A stretch of 64,000 nucleotides of DNA from Gemmatimonadota bacterium (GCA_031372565.1 JANMLN010000192.1:1-64000), one strand, 5' to 3'; positions 19,312 through 29,368 are shown, counted from the stretch's first letter. The notes: a model not told the origin generated them from the sequence alone. Made by a program: numbers and translations.

Positions 19312-19826
19312 GTGCTGACGTCGAGCGTCTGTTCAAGACCTATCACGTGACGCTCGTGCGGTACCTGACGCGGCGTCTGGGCGATCGCGACTGGGCGGAG
19401 GAAGTGGCTCAGGAAACGTTCGTCCGGGCGCTGCGACAGGAGACCATCATGAATGAACGCGCCTGGATCTTTGCCGTGGCGACCAATCTCGTGCGCGATG
19501 AGGCTCGCAAGGATGCGCGGCGGCGGCGTCACCTCGAGCTGCTCCGCGCAGAAGCCGAGCAGGATGCTGAACCGGAACCCGAAGGCCTATCGGCTGAACG
19601 CGCCGAGGAAGCGGCGATGGCGCGCACGGCGCTCGACGCACTGGCTGAACGCGACCGGAACGCATTGTTGATGAAGGAAGAAGGGCTCGACTATCACGAG
19701 ATTGCCGCGGCGCTCGATCTGTCGTTCGGGAGCGTGGGCACCACGCTGGCCCGTGCGCGCCGCAGGCTCGCCGAAGCGTACGAAGCGCTCCAACGCGAAG
19801 GAGGACGCGGCCATGCCGCCAGTTGA
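19308..19826 (+). CDS. ECF RNA polymerase sigma factor
   Basis: GTGA overlap; AEEVAQETFVRA, AWIFAVATNL, GLDYHEIAAAL..SVGTTLARARRRL. Confidence 0.93.
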   Translation: MSADVERLFKTYHVTLVRYLTRRLGDRDWAEEVAQETFVRALRQETIMNERAWIFAVATNLVRDEARKDARRRRHLELLRAEAEQDAEPEPEGLSAERAEEAAMARTALDALAERDRNALLMKEEGLDYHEIAAALDLSFGSVGTTLARARRRLAEAYEALQREGGRGHAAS

Positions 19827-20958
19827 TGAGGGGATGATCCACGCCTGGCTCGACGGCGCCCTGAGCGCCGATGAGGCCGCGCGGATCGAAGCGCTGGTGG
19901 CGAGCGATCCCGCGTGGAGCGCAGCGGCCGCCGAAGCGCGCGGTCTGATGGCCGCGAGTTCGCGCATTCTGTCGTCGCTTGATGCGGTGCCGGCCAACGT
20001 GCTGCCTGCCTCGATTCCCACCGTGCGTGCAGCGCACGAAGCGCCACGCGTGACAGCAACGCCAAGGGTGACGACGCGTCGGTGGCGCACGCCACAGTGG
20101 GCAGCCGCGGCCACCCTTGTGATGGCCGTTGGCGCCGGCGTCTTGTGGCGCAGCACGCCGGAAGCGGAGCGGCCAGCGGTCGCGATCGCCACCGACGCGT
20201 CCAAGAGCGCTCCCGGCGCATCGGTCGCACCGGCCGCGTCGACCGCGCCAGTCGCGCCAGTCGCGCCAGCCACACCGAGCGTTGCCGCGCCCGCCGCTGG
20301 CCGTGCGAACGCGACGGAGCTCGCGAAGCTGGAGCAACGCGAAGCTCCCGCGGCAGTGGCGACGCGCGGTACGGCATCACCTGTGGCCGCGGCACCGAGC
20401 ATGCCCACCGAGGCGATCGCTCGTTCAGTACCCGAACCCGCCGCAAAGGCAGCCATGGCCGAGGCGGTGGCGGACGAGCGGGCAGAGAATGCGGTCGCGC
20501 TCACGGCGCGGGCACGCCGTACCGACGCGCCGATGGCCGCACGTGCGATGGCTGCCCCGGCTGCCGCAGCTACGATGGGTGCCATGGACGCGGCGGGTGC
20601 GAGCCAGTCGGTACGCGTGGTCACCCCCGTGTGCTGGACCGTGCGGTTGAGCGGCTGGACCCCACCGCCAACTTTCGTGGCACCGATCGGCGTCCTGCTG
20701 GACTCGACGCGCGCTGGCTCGGCACGCGAGGCGGTCGCGCTTATTGGGGGGGAGGCCCCGCCCGCCGCCAAGGGGCAGTGGACCGAGACGGCCGATTCGC
20801 TCCGCGTGACGGTTGATCGCGTGGTGCTGGGTTACACGCTGCGCGTGGCAATGGCGCGCAGCACGATGGCGGGCCGTGCTGCACTCGGCGACGCGGCGAC
20901 ACCGCTCAAGGCCACCGCCACGGCGACGATGCTGCCGTCGCGGTGCGCGGTGCCGTAG
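19813..20958 (+). CDS. Putative anti-sigma factor (single TM, Ala/Pro-rich linker)
   Basis: Overlaps the sigma gene; GGAGG RBS; DEGMIHAWLDGAL anti-sigma-domain-like N-terminus; WAAAATLVMAVGAGVLW TM segment. Confidence 0.8.
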   Translation: MPPVDEGMIHAWLDGALSADEAARIEALVASDPAWSAAAAEARGLMAASSRILSSLDAVPANVLPASIPTVRAAHEAPRVTATPRVTTRRWRTPQWAAAATLVMAVGAGVLWRSTPEAERPAVAIATDASKSAPGASVAPAASTAPVAPVAPATPSVAAPAAGRANATELAKLEQREAPAAVATRGTASPVAAAPSMPTEAIARSVPEPAAKAAMAEAVADERAENAVALTARARRTDAPMAARAMAAPAAAATMGAMDAAGASQSVRVVTPVCWTVRLSGWTPPPTFVAPIGVLLDSTRAGSAREAVALIGGEAPPAAKGQWTETADSLRVTVDRVVLGYTLRVAMARSTMAGRAALGDAATPLKATATATMLPSRCAVP

Positions 20959-20991
20959 GACCGACCGCCGCGCGACCCCAGCTGCCGCGGG

Positions 20992-21876
20992 CTACACGCT
21001 CTCTTCGAGCTCCAGTGCCAGCGCTTCGGCCGCGGCCGCATCATCGGCCAGGCCCGCCGCCGCCATGAACTGCTGGTAGGCGCCGATCGCGTAGGCCTGC
21101 AACTGGTCGATGTTGACGAGTGGCTGCGGGTAGTCGAACGTGGCGACGGTACCGAGCACGTTGGGGAGGTGGCGTTCGAAGGTCTGCTGCACGATGGCGC
21201 GCATGCCATGGTCGGCGGCACACGCGTCGGCCACGAAGTGGATGCCGAACGCCACATGGCGCCCTTCGTCGCGGCGGATCAGCCGGAACCCTTCCTGCAG
21301 ACCCGGGAGCCATCCGCGCAGCGTGAGCGCCTCGTGCGCGCCGCGATACCCCGTACGCGCGAGCATCGCTTCGACCACGCCCATGTAGTGGGTGATCGCT
21401 TCGAGGAAGGTCGCGCGCAGGAGCACGGGGTCCTCTTCGCGCCGAAGCCGATCGGCCACGGCCGCGAGGTCATCGATGAGCACCTGCTGCGGCGGCCCAG
21501 GGAGGAACCGCTCCATGTCGACCGCATCAGGGCCGAGCACTTCCTTCACATAGCGATCGAAGAACTCGAAGTGCTTGGCCTCTTCATAGACCTGCGACGT
21601 GAGGAACATCTCGACGTCGAGGCCCGCCTTCGTGCGCGCGGCAGCGCCCAGGTACGGCGCGAGCGTGGTGGTGACGGATTCTTCACCAGCGTGGAAGAGG
21701 GCGATCAGCTGCAGGATCTGCGTGGCCGCATCGATATCGGCGTGCTCGGTCTTGATGCGCTCCCACTGCGCAATGTCGGCGCGCAGGTCCACGGCGGCGG
21801 GGTCCCAGGCGAGCCGCTTGGAGTTGGTGTAGAGCTGGAAGTACTTGGAGCGGGACTGCGCGAGGGAGAGCGGCAT
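20992..21876 (-). CDS. R2-like ligand-binding oxidase (Mn/Fe ferritin-like, R2lox)
   Basis: AGGAG RBS; WDPAAVDL, GEESV, EEAKH, YMGVVEAMLA and DEGRH di-metal motifs. Confidence 0.88.
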   Translation of the reverse strand: MPLSLAQSRSKYFQLYTNSKRLAWDPAAVDLRADIAQWERIKTEHADIDAATQILQLIALFHAGEESVTTTLAPYLGAAARTKAGLDVEMFLTSQVYEEAKHFEFFDRYVKEVLGPDAVDMERFLPGPPQQVLIDDLAAVADRLRREEDPVLLRATFLEAITHYMGVVEAMLARTGYRGAHEALTLRGWLPGLQEGFRLIRRDEGRHVAFGIHFVADACAADHGMRAIVQQTFERHLPNVLGTVATFDYPQPLVNIDQLQAYAIGAYQQFMAAAGLADDAAAAEALALELEESV

Positions 21877-21953
21877 GGCGAGCTCCTGAAAGGCGTACGG
21901 GAGGAATGCTACAAGCGCGCAGCGCGCGATGCGTCCGCGGCGTATCGCGGCAT

Positions 21954-22376
21954 CTACACCGCTTCGTCCGGAAACGCGGTGGGCACCAGTCGGGCCGCGC
22001 CCACCAGTGCCTTGGCCGCGCCCACATGCAGCAGCAGCGTCGTGAGTGCACCCGTCAGCTTGACCTGGCCCATGGTCACGGCGGTGACCGCGTCGAGCGA
22101 CCCGGTCACGATCAACTTCCACGTGACATACGGCGCGCGCAACGTGAAGGGCGCCGTGACGGCCGCAGGGTCGATGAGCATGGCACTGTGGCAGGTGCCG
22201 CGATCGAGCGCGAGCTCGATGGCCACCGGCCCGTCGTAGCCGAGCGCCGGACTCGCGTCCAGCACCAGTGCCACGGGCCAGGTCCACTTGGTCGCGGCGC
22301 TCTTGTAGTTCGCGTCGGCGTTGATCGCGTCGCGGAGGGCATGGGCCCATTCGGCGGTGAACGGACGATGCATCAC
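21954..22376 (-). CDS. SCP2 sterol-carrier-like lipid-binding protein
   Basis: FTAEWAHAL..IN....Y..AA..W, G.CH.A, APYVTWK, LDAVTAVTMGQVKLTG. Confidence 0.82.
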   Translation of the reverse strand: MMHRPFTAEWAHALRDAINADANYKSAATKWTWPVALVLDASPALGYDGPVAIELALDRGTCHSAMLIDPAAVTAPFTLRAPYVTWKLIVTGSLDAVTAVTMGQVKLTGALTTLLLHVGAAKALVGAARLVPTAFPDEAV

Positions 22377-23479
22377 GATTCCTTGGGTGTCTTGATGATG
22401 CGGCTTGCGCGCAGGAAGCCACTCGATCGGGGACTCGGCGGGGCCTCCGGCGGCACCCCCGGGCGGTGCACGACGCCGCGCTTCTTCTCATCGGCCTGCC
22501 GTCGCATGGCGCGCAGCACGGTCGCGCCAGCGGCGACGCCACCGAGCAGTACGTAGATGTAGTAGGTGTAGAAGCGCCACCAGATGAGCGAGGCGCCCAG
22601 GATGTTGGCCGGAATGATCGTGTGCAGCACCTTCTTGAAGCCGAGCTCGACAACGCCGCCGCCGCCCGGCGCGGGCGCGATGGGGCCGCCGTACAGCAGC
22701 ATGATCGGCCACATCACGAGCTGCGCGAGCTCGGCATCCACGGCGCCGAGTGAATACACGAGGATCGGCAGGACGGTGAGCCGGAAGGCGACATGCACGA
22801 TCGATGCGAGGAACGAGAGCGTCATCATGCCGACGCGCGCGTGCTTGAGCTGGTCGATGGAGATGCGCAGCTGGCGGAGCTGCATCTGCACGCGGCGCCA
22901 GCGGCCGGCCTTGAGCCCGACCCTGAGCGCCCAGCCCGGTGGCGGGCCATGCGCGCTGCGGTGCGCCAACAAATAGCCGATGACGCCCACGGCGATCGCG
23001 AAGAACGCGTAGCCACCCACGACCGCCACCAGCGCCTTCACCACCGTGCCCGCACCGGGGAACAGGAAGTACAACACCACGGCGACCACGGCCAAGGATC
23101 CCGTCTCGAGGAAGATCTCCATGAAGAGGACCATCAACACGTCGGCCGGCTTGAGGCCACCCTCGGCCAGGATGAGGAACCGCGCCGGCTCCGCGCCCGA
23201 TCGCGACGGCGAGATCGTGGCGCCGAAGTCGCCGCCCAGGCAGGTGCGAATCGAGAGCCCGATGGGAAGCTCGATGTTGAGCGCCTTCGCACTCCATCCG
23301 ATCTTGTATGCGCGCGTGATGACTTCGCCGGCCATCGCGCCGAAGGCGAGCAGGTGCGCCCACCACGGCAGATGCACCTTGATCGTGTCGGGGGGGATGC
23401 CGGCGCGCGCGATCCAGATCGACAGGCCGATCATGGACGCGAACGAGAGGATGACGACCAGCCAGCGTTTGGTGCTCAC
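22373..23479 (-). CDS. Lysylphosphatidylglycerol-synthase TM / flippase-like (UPF0104) membrane protein
   Basis: Multiple TM helices; ISPSRSGAEPAR, PAPGGGGVVELGF and WWRFYTYY motifs; GTGA overlaps on both sides. Confidence 0.85.
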   Translation of the reverse strand: MSTKRWLVVILSFASMIGLSIWIARAGIPPDTIKVHLPWWAHLLAFGAMAGEVITRAYKIGWSAKALNIELPIGLSIRTCLGGDFGATISPSRSGAEPARFLILAEGGLKPADVLMVLFMEIFLETGSLAVVAVVLYFLFPGAGTVVKALVAVVGGYAFFAIAVGVIGYLLAHRSAHGPPPGWALRVGLKAGRWRRVQMQLRQLRISIDQLKHARVGMMTLSFLASIVHVAFRLTVLPILVYSLGAVDAELAQLVMWPIMLLYGGPIAPAPGGGGVVELGFKKVLHTIIPANILGASLIWWRFYTYYIYVLLGGVAAGATVLRAMRRQADEKKRGVVHRPGVPPEAPPSPRSSGFLRASRIIKTPKES

Positions 23480-25962
23480 CGCGTGCGTGCCAACTCCTGA
23501 GTCGAGATCCGGCGCGCCCCCGGGTACGGCGTCGCGCCCTTGAGCATCTGCCAGAGGACGCGCTGGCCCGCTTCATCCGGCACCGCATCCTCACGCGACA
23601 GGTCGAAGTTCCGGCTCTCGCGCTCTCCGGGTCCGGTGGCGGGGTTCACATCCGTGAGCGGCGTGATCGGCGTCAGGGCGACATACGGCCGCAGGTCCGG
23701 GGCGTCACGCCAGATCTCACGCAACGGGCGCCCGAAGTGATCGAACTGGGACAGCGAGCCGAGGCCGAGCAGCTCCTCGATCGTGGCAATCACGTCGGTC
23801 GTGTTGGCAAAGCGGTGCGAGACACCGCCCTTGGCCCACGGCGAGATCGTGAGCAGCACGGAGCGGTGCGAATCGACGTGATCCGCGCCGCTCTGCGCGT
23901 CGTCCTCGAGCACGAACACCGCCGTCGAGGCCCAGAACGGCGATCGCGACAACGCCTCGATGATGCGACCCAGCGCGAGGTCGTTGTCGGCCATGTGGGC
24001 GTACGGCGTGGGCGTGCCGGCGCGTCCGTACGTGGTATGATCGTTGGGCAGCCGCACGATCTGCAGCTTGGGCATGGCACCTGCCGTGACCCACCCGTTG
24101 AACTCGGCGAGCCAGGCATCGGCGCGCACCTGATCCTTGATCCCCGTGTTGTACGGCGGGAACGCCGGACTGGTATGCTCGCGCTGGAAGCGCTTGAGCC
24201 CGATCACACCGCTGCCTTTCGCGGTGCCGTACTCACCAGAGGGAACGGCATACTCGCCGAAGTTCCGGAAGGTCACGCCGGCGCGCTGCGCCAGGTCCCA
24301 CAGATACCCGTTGGCGGGGGACGCGACGTCATCGTCGTCGTCGCCGGCTGCCTTCTCCCGGTTCGTGCCCTCGTAATCGTACGAACGCCCGCGGCGTGAG
24401 TAGTTGCTCGGGATCGTGCGCTCGGCGTAGTCGGTGACGTACGCCGCCATGCTCCAGTTGTGACCGTCCGGGCTGACCTCGGCATTCACGAAGAAGCGGT
24501 CGTACAGCCCGAACCGCTCGGCGAGCGCATGATGGTTGGGGGCGCGGGGCCGCGGAAAGAAGAGCAACGACGTGTCGCCATCGCCCTGCGGCAAGTCGGC
24601 GAGCACCTGATCGAAGGTGCGATTCTCTTTCACGATGTAGATGACGTGCTGGATCGGCGGCCCGCGAAAGGTGCCGCGCGCCTCGCGCGGACGGTCCCAC
24701 CCGTTGGCGCGCACGACGCGCGCCGTGGTCGCCTGCAGCGCGTCCGCATTGGCACGGGCGAGCGGTGCGATCATGAACGATCCGCTCAGTTGCCCCAGCG
24801 TGTACTGGCGCCCGCCATCGACTGCGGAACGATCGCCGACGTAGTCGAGGCGCGGCATCGCGGGGTTGGCGCTCGTGCCGCGTCCCTTGCCGCTCACGAC
24901 GTACAGGGTGTCGTTCACGGCGGCCACCGCGGTGGGGTACCACTGCGTGGGGATGCGACCGATGAGCGTGTCGCGGGTGCTGCCCGTGGCGGCGCCGGAC
25001 GTCGCGGCCGTCAGGTCGAACACCGCCACCGCGTTGGCGTCGCTCTCGGCCACGAGCAGCCGCGTCCCGCCATTCGCGAAGGCCAGCGCCGACGGCGTGC
25101 TCCCCTCGGCCGGCCCGCTCGGCGGCGGATCAGCCAGCGTGGCGACCACCGTACGCGTGCGCGGATCGACGACGGTGATGCGATCGGTGCTGGCGCTGGC
25201 AATGAACAGGCGCGTACCGGCGTCGTTGAGGAGGAGCGCCGAGGGGTGCCGACCGCCGGGGATGCGGCCACCCGGCGCGAGTCGCCCGTCGGCACTGCGC
25301 GGAAAGACGGAGACGGTCGTGCCGCCCCATGCAGCGACGTACACCGTCCCCGCACGGTCGACCACAACGGACACCGGGTACTTCTCGGTGGCGAGTCGCT
25401 GCACGATGCGGCCGGTGGCAACGTCGAGCACGGCGAGCGAGTCGCCGAGGTTCTCGGCCACGTAGAGGTGCGCGCCATCGGCGCTGATGGCCAGGCCTGC
25501 CGGGTAGCGCGTGCCGCTCCGGTTGGCGGCCTTGGCGGCGAGCACGAGCGAGTCGCGGAGGGCGGCCGTCCCGTTGCTCCAGGCGTACCGATAGACGACG
25601 TCCTGATTGCCACCGGAGACGAAGAGCGTGCGGCCATCGGGTGCGAAGGCGGCACCCTGAAAGGCGGCTGGTTGGCGCACGTCCTGCAGCAGCTTGCCGG
25701 TGTGGCGATCGACGACTTGGAAGCCCTGCTCGCGCCAGCCGCTCAGGACGACGATGTACTGATTGCCATCGGGGGCGAGGACAAGCGACACCGGCATCGA
25801 CCCGAGCGGCGTGATGGCGCCTGCCGGGTCGAGGCGGGCCCCCGTGGGTAGCCTGGCTTCGCCGGACAGGGCATCGCCGGCGTCGCCGCCCGATGACGGA
25901 CGGCACGCGGCGGCCAGATATCCGGCGACAGCGAGAACAGCAGAGAGGCGCAATCGAGTCAC
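23476..25962 (-). CDS. Lipoprotein, YncE/YVTN beta-propeller fused to a phosphoesterase (alkaline phosphatase-like) domain
   Basis: LAAAC lipobox; propeller repeats; HVIYIVKENRTFDQVL, VSPDGHNW, LPNDHT, ADNDLALG, EDDAQSGADHVDSHRS. Confidence 0.9.
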   Translation of the reverse strand: MTRLRLSAVLAVAGYLAAACRPSSGGDAGDALSGEARLPTGARLDPAGAITPLGSMPVSLVLAPDGNQYIVVLSGWREQGFQVVDRHTGKLLQDVRQPAAFQGAAFAPDGRTLFVSGGNQDVVYRYAWSNGTAALRDSLVLAAKAANRSGTRYPAGLAISADGAHLYVAENLGDSLAVLDVATGRIVQRLATEKYPVSVVVDRAGTVYVAAWGGTTVSVFPRSADGRLAPGGRIPGGRHPSALLLNDAGTRLFIASASTDRITVVDPRTRTVVATLADPPPSGPAEGSTPSALAFANGGTRLLVAESDANAVAVFDLTAATSGAATGSTRDTLIGRIPTQWYPTAVAAVNDTLYVVSGKGRGTSANPAMPRLDYVGDRSAVDGGRQYTLGQLSGSFMIAPLARANADALQATTARVVRANGWDRPREARGTFRGPPIQHVIYIVKENRTFDQVLADLPQGDGDTSLLFFPRPRAPNHHALAERFGLYDRFFVNAEVSPDGHNWSMAAYVTDYAERTIPSNYSRRGRSYDYEGTNREKAAGDDDDDVASPANGYLWDLAQRAGVTFRNFGEYAVPSGEYGTAKGSGVIGLKRFQREHTSPAFPPYNTGIKDQVRADAWLAEFNGWVTAGAMPKLQIVRLPNDHTTYGRAGTPTPYAHMADNDLALGRIIEALSRSPFWASTAVFVLEDDAQSGADHVDSHRSVLLTISPWAKGGVSHRFANTTDVIATIEELLGLGSLSQFDHFGRPLREIWRDAPDLRPYVALTPITPLTDVNPATGPGERESRNFDLSREDAVPDEAGQRVLWQMLKGATPYPGARRISTQELARTR

Positions 25963-26502
25963 GGGCCGTTCGCTGCGGTGGAGAAGACGACGGTGCAGCT
26001 GGAAGTTACCCCTCGGCGCGTGGGGCGGCAGGCAGGTGTTCAGCGGCGGGGATGACGTGCCCCGCCTGATGCCTCTCGCCTACGCCTTGCGCTTTGCCAC
26101 GGCGCCGTCGGCCGCTTCGCGCAGCGCCTGTCCGCGGTGCACCAGCTCTGCCCGAGCCCGATCACCGGCTCGTCGCGCCGGTGCCGCATGCATGTCCAGC
26201 GTTTGCGCCATGGCGGCGTTCCCCTCACGGCCACGCACGTCGAGTTCATGCAGCTTGGCGCCGAGCTTGTCTGTCTGTGAGGTCATGGTATACCGACCAA
26301 TCATGGGTGGGCGTGGATGAACAGGAAGGATGCAGGGCGCGCGGCATCATCCGCCATCGCTCGGAGGGACTAAGACCATGGTGTCGCTGCGCCTGCAGGG
26401 TGCACTCCGTACGCTTGAACCATGGACCAGCCCGGCCCCGCGAATGACGGGCGACTGCCAAACGGCCGATCCAGGTTCGTGAATCCCCAGAGAGGAGCTC
26501 CC

Positions 26503-26991
26503 ATGCGCGCCATCGCTTTCCGACTCGACCTCGCCACGTTCGCGATGCTCGGGCTTGCCGCCTGCAATCCGTTCAACCGCGAGCCTGTCACCAGCGTGTC
26601 GCGTGATGCCATGGTCAACAGTCGGTGGCGCGCCGCGCTCGTCACTCCCTCCTCGCTCGTTGGCGCCATCCAGATCAACGGCTCGGCCACGATGCAGCCC
26701 GGCAAGAACACCTCCTTGACGGACGCGTTCGTCACGATCGCGAATGCAACGCCCGGCGGGCGGCATCCGTGGCACGTGCACCGCGGGCAGTGCGGGATGG
26801 ACGAGGGGATGATCGGGGATCCCGCTGCCTACGCACCGCTCCAGGTGGGTGACGAGGGGCGCGGTGGTGCCAACGCCACGCTCTCGCTGCCGATGCCGAC
26901 GAGTGGCAGCTACTTCGTCATGGTACAGGCGTCCGCTGCCAATCCAGAGACGATCATCGCCTGTGGCAATCTCGCGCCGCCGGCCCAGTGA
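26503..26991 (+). CDS. Lipoprotein with a Cu/Zn-SOD-like/CHRD-like beta-sandwich
   Basis: GAGGAG RBS; LAAC lipobox; HPWHVHRGQC, YAPL.VG..G.G, IACGNL. Confidence 0.7.
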   Translation: MRAIAFRLDLATFAMLGLAACNPFNREPVTSVSRDAMVNSRWRAALVTPSSLVGAIQINGSATMQPGKNTSLTDAFVTIANATPGGRHPWHVHRGQCGMDEGMIGDPAAYAPLQVGDEGRGGANATLSLPMPTSGSYFVMVQASAANPETIIACGNLAPPAQ

Positions 26992-27034
26992 CGTCGGCAC
27001 CCCCCGACCTGGCGTCGTCGCGTATCACGCGATG

Positions 27035-27676
27035 TCAGGTTGGATCGCTGCCGTGCGCGTAGGCCGCGATCTGCAAGCGGGTGTGCAGCGCGAGCTTCTC
27101 CATCACGTTGCGCACGTGACTCTTCACGGTGTGGGTCGCAATCTCCAGCTCGGCGGCAATTTCCTTGTTGGAGTGCCCGCGCCCGATCATGTCGATGACC
27201 TCGCGCTCGCGCGGGGTCATGCGCAGATCCGGATCTGACACCTGGCGGCCCTTCGCGAGGGCCTCGCCGGCGATCTGCGAGAACAACGACGAGGTCATCG
27301 CCGCCGGCAGCACGTGTGCGCCCTCGTCCACCGCGCGGATCGTCTGCAGGAGCTCTTCAAAGGACGCATCCTTGAGCACGAACCCCGCGACACCGGCATT
27401 GACGAACTCGACGATGTCGTCGTGCGCAGGCAAGACATCCATGACGATGACCTTGGCACTGGGCACATGCTCCCGGACGTCGGCGGCGACGCGGACGCTG
27501 TCATCGTCACGCAGCCCCACGTCGAGCAACACGACACGCGGTGCCGTGCGCTTGAGCAGGGCCGTATCGGCAGACTCGGCGGTCGCGACGACGCGCATAT
27601 CCGGCGTCCGAGTGATGAGAGCGGAGATGCCCTCGCGCACGAGCCGGTTGTCGTCGATCAGGGCAACAGAGATCAT
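27035..27676 (-). CDS. NarL/LuxR-family response regulator
   Basis: AGGAG RBS; LIDDNRLVREG, VLLDVGL, GFVLKD and HTH TPREREV..G.SNKEIA..L.IA.HTVKSHV. Confidence 0.92.
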   Translation of the reverse strand: MISVALIDDNRLVREGISALITRTPDMRVVATAESADTALLKRTAPRVVLLDVGLRDDDSVRVAADVREHVPSAKVIVMDVLPAHDDIVEFVNAGVAGFVLKDASFEELLQTIRAVDEGAHVLPAAMTSSLFSQIAGEALAKGRQVSDPDLRMTPREREVIDMIGRGHSNKEIAAELEIATHTVKSHVRNVMEKLALHTRLQIAAYAHGSDPT

Positions 27677-27842
27677 GCGCGCACACGGCTCCTGAATCAG
27701 ACGGGGAGCGGACCACCTGTCACGACGAAGCTACTCGCCTACCGTTCGTCGATACAAGGAACCGGTCGACCAGCGCCACGCACCGCCACGCCCGCCGTCA
27801 TGATGTCGACCCTTCCCGCGGCGACGACCGTCCTTCCCCGGA

Positions 27843-29153
27843 TCAGCTCGGCGGATCCTTCTGGCCGGTTTGGCTCACGCCGCTCGGGTGCTCAGCGCCC
27901 GCGAGGACCGCGTCGGCATCGTCCTTCTTCCGTTCGTCGGCCTGCTCCACGGCGATCGCGGCCGCCTGCTCCGCAGGCATCCCTCGCGTCAGGTCATGGT
28001 AGAGCCAGTTGCCGTGCTCGTCGTCCTTGCGGCGGCGGTTGCCCACGGCGGGCACGGGCTCCCCAGGCAGCTCGAAGCGCAACTCTTCCATGAGCATCAC
28101 CAGCGCCGCGGCCACCGGTAGCGCGAGCAAGGCACCGACGACTCCCATGAGCGTCGCTCCCACCAGCAGCGCGACGATCACGACCGTGGAGGGAAGGCGC
28201 AGGGCGCGCCCGTACACCACCGGGATCAGGACGCGGCTCTCGAACTCTTCGTACACGAGCATGAGGATGAGGACGACTCCGACGGTGAGCGGCCCCTGCT
28301 GGATGGATGCGATCACGGCGGGCCCGATGGTCAGGAAGGGCCCGATATAGGGCAGTACGTCAGCGGCGCCGCCGATCACCGCGAGCGCCAGCGCACTGGG
28401 CACGCCGCAGGCCGTGAGCAGCACGAACATGAACACGGCCATGAGCGTGCTCGTGAGCAGCTGCCCGCGGATGTAGCCACCGACGATCGTCTCGAGGCTG
28501 AGCATGATCCGTGACAGCCGCATGTGCCGCTCGCGCGGGACAATCGCGAACAGCATGCCGCGCAGGCGGTCACGGTCGATGAGACCATACAGGGCGAGGA
28601 AGATCGCCGCCATGCTGTAGGCGAGGAACTCGCCGATGCGCGCCGAGAAGGCCAACGCCGTCGTGGGCGACAGGTTGACCCACGATGCGATCTGGAGGTC
28701 GCGGAGTCCGTTGGCCACGGGCAAGCCCAAGGGTGAGCGCGCGATCCACTCGACCAGGCGGGCCCGCCAGACCGGTTCCTGCGCCTGGAGCTCTTTCGCC
28801 TGACTGAACAGCTCGGGAATCGTGAGCCCGATGATGAGCACGGTCGCGATCAGCAGGAGGCCGAACACGAGGGTGATCGCCACGCCGCGCCAGATCCCAC
28901 GGGTCTCGAGCCACGCGATCACCGGGCTCAGGGTACCGCCGATGAAGAGAGCGGCGACCAGTACCAGCACCACGGGCAGCAGTCGCCCGATCAGCCACAC
29001 GGCGGCCAACGCGAGCAAGATGCGCGCGATGCTCGCAAAGCGGATGTCGACGTGCAACACCCGCGCCTCCGGCGGCGTGACGGCGACGGGAAGCGGTGGC
29101 GTGCTGGCTCGATGCTCCGGTGTCATCCTCTCCATGCGCAAGCGCCGCCCCAT
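27843..29153 (-). CDS. AI-2E family (PerM/UPF0118) transporter
   Basis: Multiple TM helices; GGYIRGQLL, LPYIGP, ESRVLIPVVYG, GVVGALLALP; start uncertain (29126-29153). Confidence 0.88.
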   Translation of the reverse strand: MGRRLRMERMTPEHRASTPPLPVAVTPPEARVLHVDIRFASIARILLALAAVWLIGRLLPVVLVLVAALFIGGTLSPVIAWLETRGIWRGVAITLVFGLLLIATVLIIGLTIPELFSQAKELQAQEPVWRARLVEWIARSPLGLPVANGLRDLQIASWVNLSPTTALAFSARIGEFLAYSMAAIFLALYGLIDRDRLRGMLFAIVPRERHMRLSRIMLSLETIVGGYIRGQLLTSTLMAVFMFVLLTACGVPSALALAVIGGAADVLPYIGPFLTIGPAVIASIQQGPLTVGVVLILMLVYEEFESRVLIPVVYGRALRLPSTVVIVALLVGATLMGVVGALLALPVAAALVMLMEELRFELPGEPVPAVGNRRRKDDEHGNWLYHDLTRGMPAEQAAAIAVEQADERKKDDADAVLAGAEHPSGVSQTGQKDPPS

Positions 29154-29368
29154 GCGGCTTCACGGAGCCTATCACGGCCGACCGCGCGTTCCCATCGCCC
29201 GAAGGTGGCAGGACCGGGCGGTTGTGACACACGGCGCTTGCGCCACCGGCCTGTCGCGCGCGTGACCGTCTGTTCATCGTGCCCTCACACCGATCATGCC
29301 GATTCGCGACCGTTGGTCTAGTCCTTTCGTGCGATGGGCCGACGCCGATGGGTGAGACAGAATTCATC

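Noticed and set aside
20245..20271. 9-bp tandem repeat gcgccagtc (APV) in the anti-sigma linker
   Set aside because: Ordinary low-complexity linker expansion, in frame
20992..21876. Ribonucleotide reductase beta subunit
   Set aside because: No nrdA nearby; motif spacing and the SCP2 neighbour fit R2lox better
26080..26304. 74-aa minus-strand ORF and other short ORFs at 25960-26500
   Set aside because: No motif and no convincing RBS; could be a gene remnant at the island edge but cannot be supported
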